From Lepidodermella squamata (lineage: Eukaryota > Animalia > Gastrotricha): a DNA stretch of 64,000 nt. Each line of letters begins with the position of its first letter. Position 1 is the first letter of the stretch. The notes under the pieces were generated by a model that saw only the letters and a list, made by a program, of their open reading frames with translations, was not told where the DNA came from and searched no databases. Location of the stretch: contig JBLDXI010000021.1 of NCBI GenBank assembly GCA_047495785.1, positions 682,001-746,000 of the forward strand. The letters are read 5' to 3'. The translations under genes and the position numbers were made by a program. This document shows positions 59,927 to 64,000 of this stretch, piece by piece.

Positions 59927-61384
59927 ATGGCTACCTGGTGCAAGCTGCGTCTTCAGGGCCCTCGCACCTACTGCTGCGCCGATATTTCTAAGTCAAAGGT
60001 GTGCCTCGGCCGGTCAGCTAAATGTGATGTTGTGATTTCTGAGCCTTCCGTATCTATGAAGCACCTAGTCATTGAGCGTTTGGCTGACGGCCGAGTGGTT
60101 GTGATTGACTGCCCGGACTCGACAGGCACGTATCTCAAAACTCAGAGGAGTAGCCGTTTCAAAAAAGTAACTCCTAGCCAATCGCAGGAGGTCTCTGATG
60201 GAGATCACATCGCGTTTGGAGCCGCGAAAGGTAAATTAAGGTGGCATTTTCAACCTTCCGGCTTTGATAATTTTTTACTCAGATGTGTTTTTCACTTTGG
60301 ATCTGATACAAACGAATCAAGAGCCTCGCAATAGTCGAAAGCGTGATCATAGCTCAACTACTCAAGCGCGGAAGCCGTCTGTCGTCGAAATTTCTGACGG
60401 CGAAGGCACCGATGCTCCGACCACGTCATCTCGCGAACCGAAAAGACGCTCGAAAAACATCTCGCAGAAAAATGACAAGACTGAAGCGAATAGCGGCGCT
60501 AAATCCAAAGAGAATAAGGCCGCTGCATCCTCAGCTGAGAGCGCCGCCGCTCCAGCTGCGAAAATTCCTGATGATTCCACTTTCCTCCAAGAATTCCTGA
60601 CTTGCCACATTTGTCAGAGCTTGCTTTACGAGCCAGTCAATATCGCGCCTTGCAACCACGTTTTTTGTAAGAGAAAATTGAAAATGAATCATTTTAAATC
60701 AATTTAATTTCTTTAAGGTGGCGGTTGTCTTTCTCCGTGGCTGAAGACGTCGAAAAATTGCCCAACTGTGAGTTTCTACGAGATTTTATGAACTTGTTTG
60801 ACCTATTTTTTTCCACCCAGTGCCGGACCAATATTGATCGCGTTGGTCTTCATCACATTCTGAAAAATATTGTCGCCGAATTTGTCAAGCGCCACCCTGA
60901 AATGGAGCGGACGACAGAGGATCGGCAGGCCCTGGATAAGCAGGATACGATTACAAAGCCGAAACCGGCTCAACGTCGGCGTCAAAATCAGTCGAATCAG
61001 TCGGCGGCTCAGGGTGCCGATCCGATTCTGAACATGCTTCTGTCCGTGCTCAGTAACGCCCATTCCGGTCAAACTGTCACGTTTAATACGCTGGCTCGCT
61101 TTCATGACGATGGTGAAATTACGATTAACAATGACGAGGATGAGGAAGATGAGGACGCTCTTACTATCAGCTCGAGCGAAGACGATGATGACGAGGATGA
61201 GGAGGAAGAGGATGATAGCGAAGAAGTTGACGATGAAGAAGAGGATGACGGAGATGATGAAGATGACGAGGAGGATGACGATGATGATGAGCCGCCGCCA
61301 CGTCATCACCATCACCATCACCACCACCACCATCAGCAGCAACAACAACGGCCGCCTAGCAATAACAATTGCCGAATCTCGTGA
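59927..61384 (+). CDS. CHFR-like FHA-RING E3 ligase, paralog 1, ending in an acidic/His-rich tail and CRIS-stop
   Basis: FHA (LGRSAKCD...VSMKH...STGTY), C3HC4 RING (CHIC...PCNHVFC|GGC...CPT|CR) and the CHFR post-RING motif IVAEFVKRHPEMERT..D...LD. Confidence 0.85.
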
Positions 61385-61858
61385 AGATATCACGAGTTCG
61401 AAAAATTGCACAAAATCTTTTATCCACGTTAATTTCACCGATATATTCCTATGTTTTTCACTTGATTGTTGTCTTGTGTACAAAAAAAAAACAAAATAAT
61501 TGTTAAATTTTTCAGTGCTCTTCAGTATCTCATTGCTCATGCCTTGAAGGATATGGAAAATCGCAGATTATTGCTGTTATTAGACGTGAACGCAGTTTGA
61601 ATGTAGTTTGATGTCCCCAACCTAGTGTATTATTAGACCGATATATTCCCGCTGGTCGAATTTATTGTCTCGAAAATACACGAAACTTATTGTAGTGATG
61701 TTGCCTGTATTAGCTGCGACTCCCGGTTATAATGGCCATAACGCTTAATTGATGACTGAGTCACCAAAAATTGTAATAATAAAATCAGGAAATTAATTTT
61801 GAAGTAAACAAACTATTTGAAAAAATCATCTTGATATTTTATAGGTTAATTTGAAAAA

Positions 61859-63978
61859 ATGCGTGTTTGGGGTGAGCTGATTGCGAGCGGCGATCGGCAG
61901 GCAGGAGTTCATTCGCTAGAGAAGCAAACTATCGTTATCGGCCGGTCGTCGAAGGCCGATATCAAGCTGCAGCATCACCAGATTTCAGCTCAACACTGCT
62001 TGTTGATCTGGAATCCGGTTTCGAATCGTGTCGTAGCTATAGATAAAAGTTCTAACGGCACGCTGCTCCGTACCAAAGGCGTTGTGAAGAAAATGACGAA
62101 AAATGAGGAGTACGAAGTCGATGACCTCGATCGCATAATTATCGTGAGAACCGCTACCGACGAAAAAACTGACGGTGTGTAGTAACCACTATGCTAAAAA
62201 AATATTTTAATTTATTTGTAAAAATTTAGAGTTATGGTTCGAATTTCGCCGTCTCGCTCCTGCTCCCAGTGAAAATTTGCCAGCAGTTCCGGAACCAACT
62301 AAAACTGAGATGCCGCCTCCGAAACCGCCTGTCGTTGTAATGGGCAATAAGCCTGAACCTGTTCAAACCGAGGCGACTCAGCCTGTGATGGAGAGAATAC
62401 CCACTCCAGAGCCGATCCCCCCACCGCCATTATCTTCTAGGTTAACCACAGCAATGCCCAGCCATCAAGATGAAATCAGCAATGAGAGCATGAATGAGTC
62501 TGATGTAAGTAATTTTCGAAAAATTCGTAAAAAAAACCCCGATTTTTTGTGTATTTAGCTTCCTGATTTCGACGACTGTCTGAATCCTTTCCAAGCTTAC
62601 GTCCCACCTCCTACTGTACCGATTAAAAAATCGGATGCGCCCCCAGTCGCCTTAAAAATTGTTCAACATGCGCCGAAACGGTCGGCAATGTCAGTCAGCT
62701 ATTCTACCTCTATTGCCAATACCTCGCCATCCGCCAGTCCTTCCGCGCCGAAAAGGGCCGCGACTTCTGTGTATCCAAGCTCTTCGACCGCCCAATCCAC
62801 GGCGCCGTCTATTGTTACTCATCAAAATCGGACGACTGTGAAAGTCACAACCCTTGATGATTCTCTGGACGAACTCGCTGATATAATTCCGAATTTCAAA
62901 GCTCCGGCTAGTGTGGCGGAGTTGAGGTCGAAACCAGTTGTACCTGCTGCCCCGTTGGTCTCAACGAAAACCGCCCCGTCATCGTCAACATCGACTCTAT
63001 CAGCGGCTGATCGAGCGAGAAAACTCATGGCCAGCGCTTTGCCGGCTGATTTTCTGCCGGTTAGCGAGAAAGCCGCGGAACCGGAGCCAGCTACAGATGC
63101 GACCCCGACTAGTTCCGCCGCTCCGGCTAAAGCTGCTTCGTCGGACGATGGCGGCATGGATGAGCAGTTGTTGTGTTCGATTTGTCAAGAGCTTTTCCAC
63201 GATCCTATCACAGTCACCCCGTGCAATCACGTGTTTTGCGCAGGTAAAGCTCGAATTTTGGCTATTTTTCAGTTAAATTTTAATATATCTCTCAGGCTGT
63301 TTGAGTATGTGGCTAAGCAAGTCAAAAGATTGCCCACAATGCCGTGGGAAAGTGGAGAAGTGCAACGAAATTCATATAATTAAGAGCCTGGTCGATTCGT
63401 TCCTAGCCAAACACCCTGATCGAAAACGCTCGGCTGAAGAGCTGGCGGAGTTGGACAAGCAGAATACGATAACGAAGAACAAGCCACCAGCTGCTGCTGG
63501 AAAAGCCGCTAAAGGAGGTAAATTTTGCTCGAACGATTGTGCCATTGGATAGATGAACTAAGGCCGTGCTTTTTGTTCCGCTTTTCCGCTTTTTTTCATA
63601 CAGGTCGGTCGTAAATTAAAGCGCTTCGCGATTGTGCTTGAAACTGACTACTATTACTGAATGCCGCCTTGTTTTTATGTTGTTACGACCTATCTCATTA
63701 CTCTTTGTACTGATTTTTGAGCTACGACTCAGTGTACAAAAAACGAAACCGATGATTTTGTTTTGCATGATATGAAAATTTTCCTCGCTTGCTTGCATGC
63801 TTCTCTCTGTGTTGCTTAGATTTTTCGTTACCGAAAATGCTGATATTGTTTTTGTGTTCAAATCGCAGTTCCGGCCAATCCATGGGGCGGCGGCGGTGGT
63901 TACTACTCGGGGGATGACTCGCCGCCTTACTACGACTCGGATGACTCGGATGACTCGGGTCATGATTATGGTCTGTGA
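61859..63978 (+). CDS. CHFR: CHFR-like FHA-RING E3 ligase, paralog 2 (3' end uncertain; may continue beyond the window)
   Basis: VWGEL...IGRSSKAD...ISAQHC...DKSSNGT FHA, a Pro/Ser-rich linker, RING CSICQELFHD...PCNHVFCA|GC...CPQCR, and LVDSFLAKHPDRKRSAEE. Confidence 0.82.
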
Positions 63979-64000
63979 AAATAATCCAGCTTAACATCTT

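Noticed and set aside
60803-61540. 245-aa hydrophobic minus-strand ORF that looks like a membrane protein
   Set aside because: It is the reverse complement of the GAT/GAA/CAC-rich acidic and His tract of the CHFR-like gene.
1-64000. Prokaryotic systems (CRISPR, defence islands), tRNA or rRNA genes
   Set aside because: The window is spliceosomal-intron-containing animal DNA, and no repeat-spacer array or structured RNA gene was recognised by eye.

Overview
Gene-dense eukaryotic (animal, probably invertebrate) DNA with very short, AT-rich GT-AG introns (mostly about 45-65 nt). I see no prokaryotic features, rRNA, tRNA or CRISPR array. In order: the 5' part of NOM1 (-); NSMCE1/Nse1 (-); a full-length two-ORF non-LTR retrotransposon (RTEX/CR1-group-like) inserted just upstream of an AK5-like gene and flanked by a long, internally deleted target duplication; a roughly 9.4 kb adenylate kinase locus (an AK5-type D/D domain with degenerate AK domains, four more candidate first exons and three near-identical catalytic AK exons); a GT91/BMT beta-mannosyltransferase-like type II membrane protein; an IRG-family GTPase; a minimal Cdc25 (-); two small S/T-P-rich orphan ORFs; a TyrB10/GlnE7 globin; cubilin (-); a PAN-fibrinogen protein; a Kunitz protein (-); two divergent anoctamins; TBC1D10; GOSR1; ZNHIT3; and two CHFR-like FHA-RING ligases. 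The most interesting items are (1) the modular AK locus, which appears to encode myristoyl, palmitoyl, membrane/AKAP-helix and D/D targeting N-termini on shared catalytic exons, (2) the LINE whose ORF1 and ORF2 are in frame across a single UGA-CGG, and its insertion structure, and (3) signs of trans-splicing or operon-like organisation. All gene models were assembled by eye from splice consensus, phase and recognised protein motifs. No database search was run.
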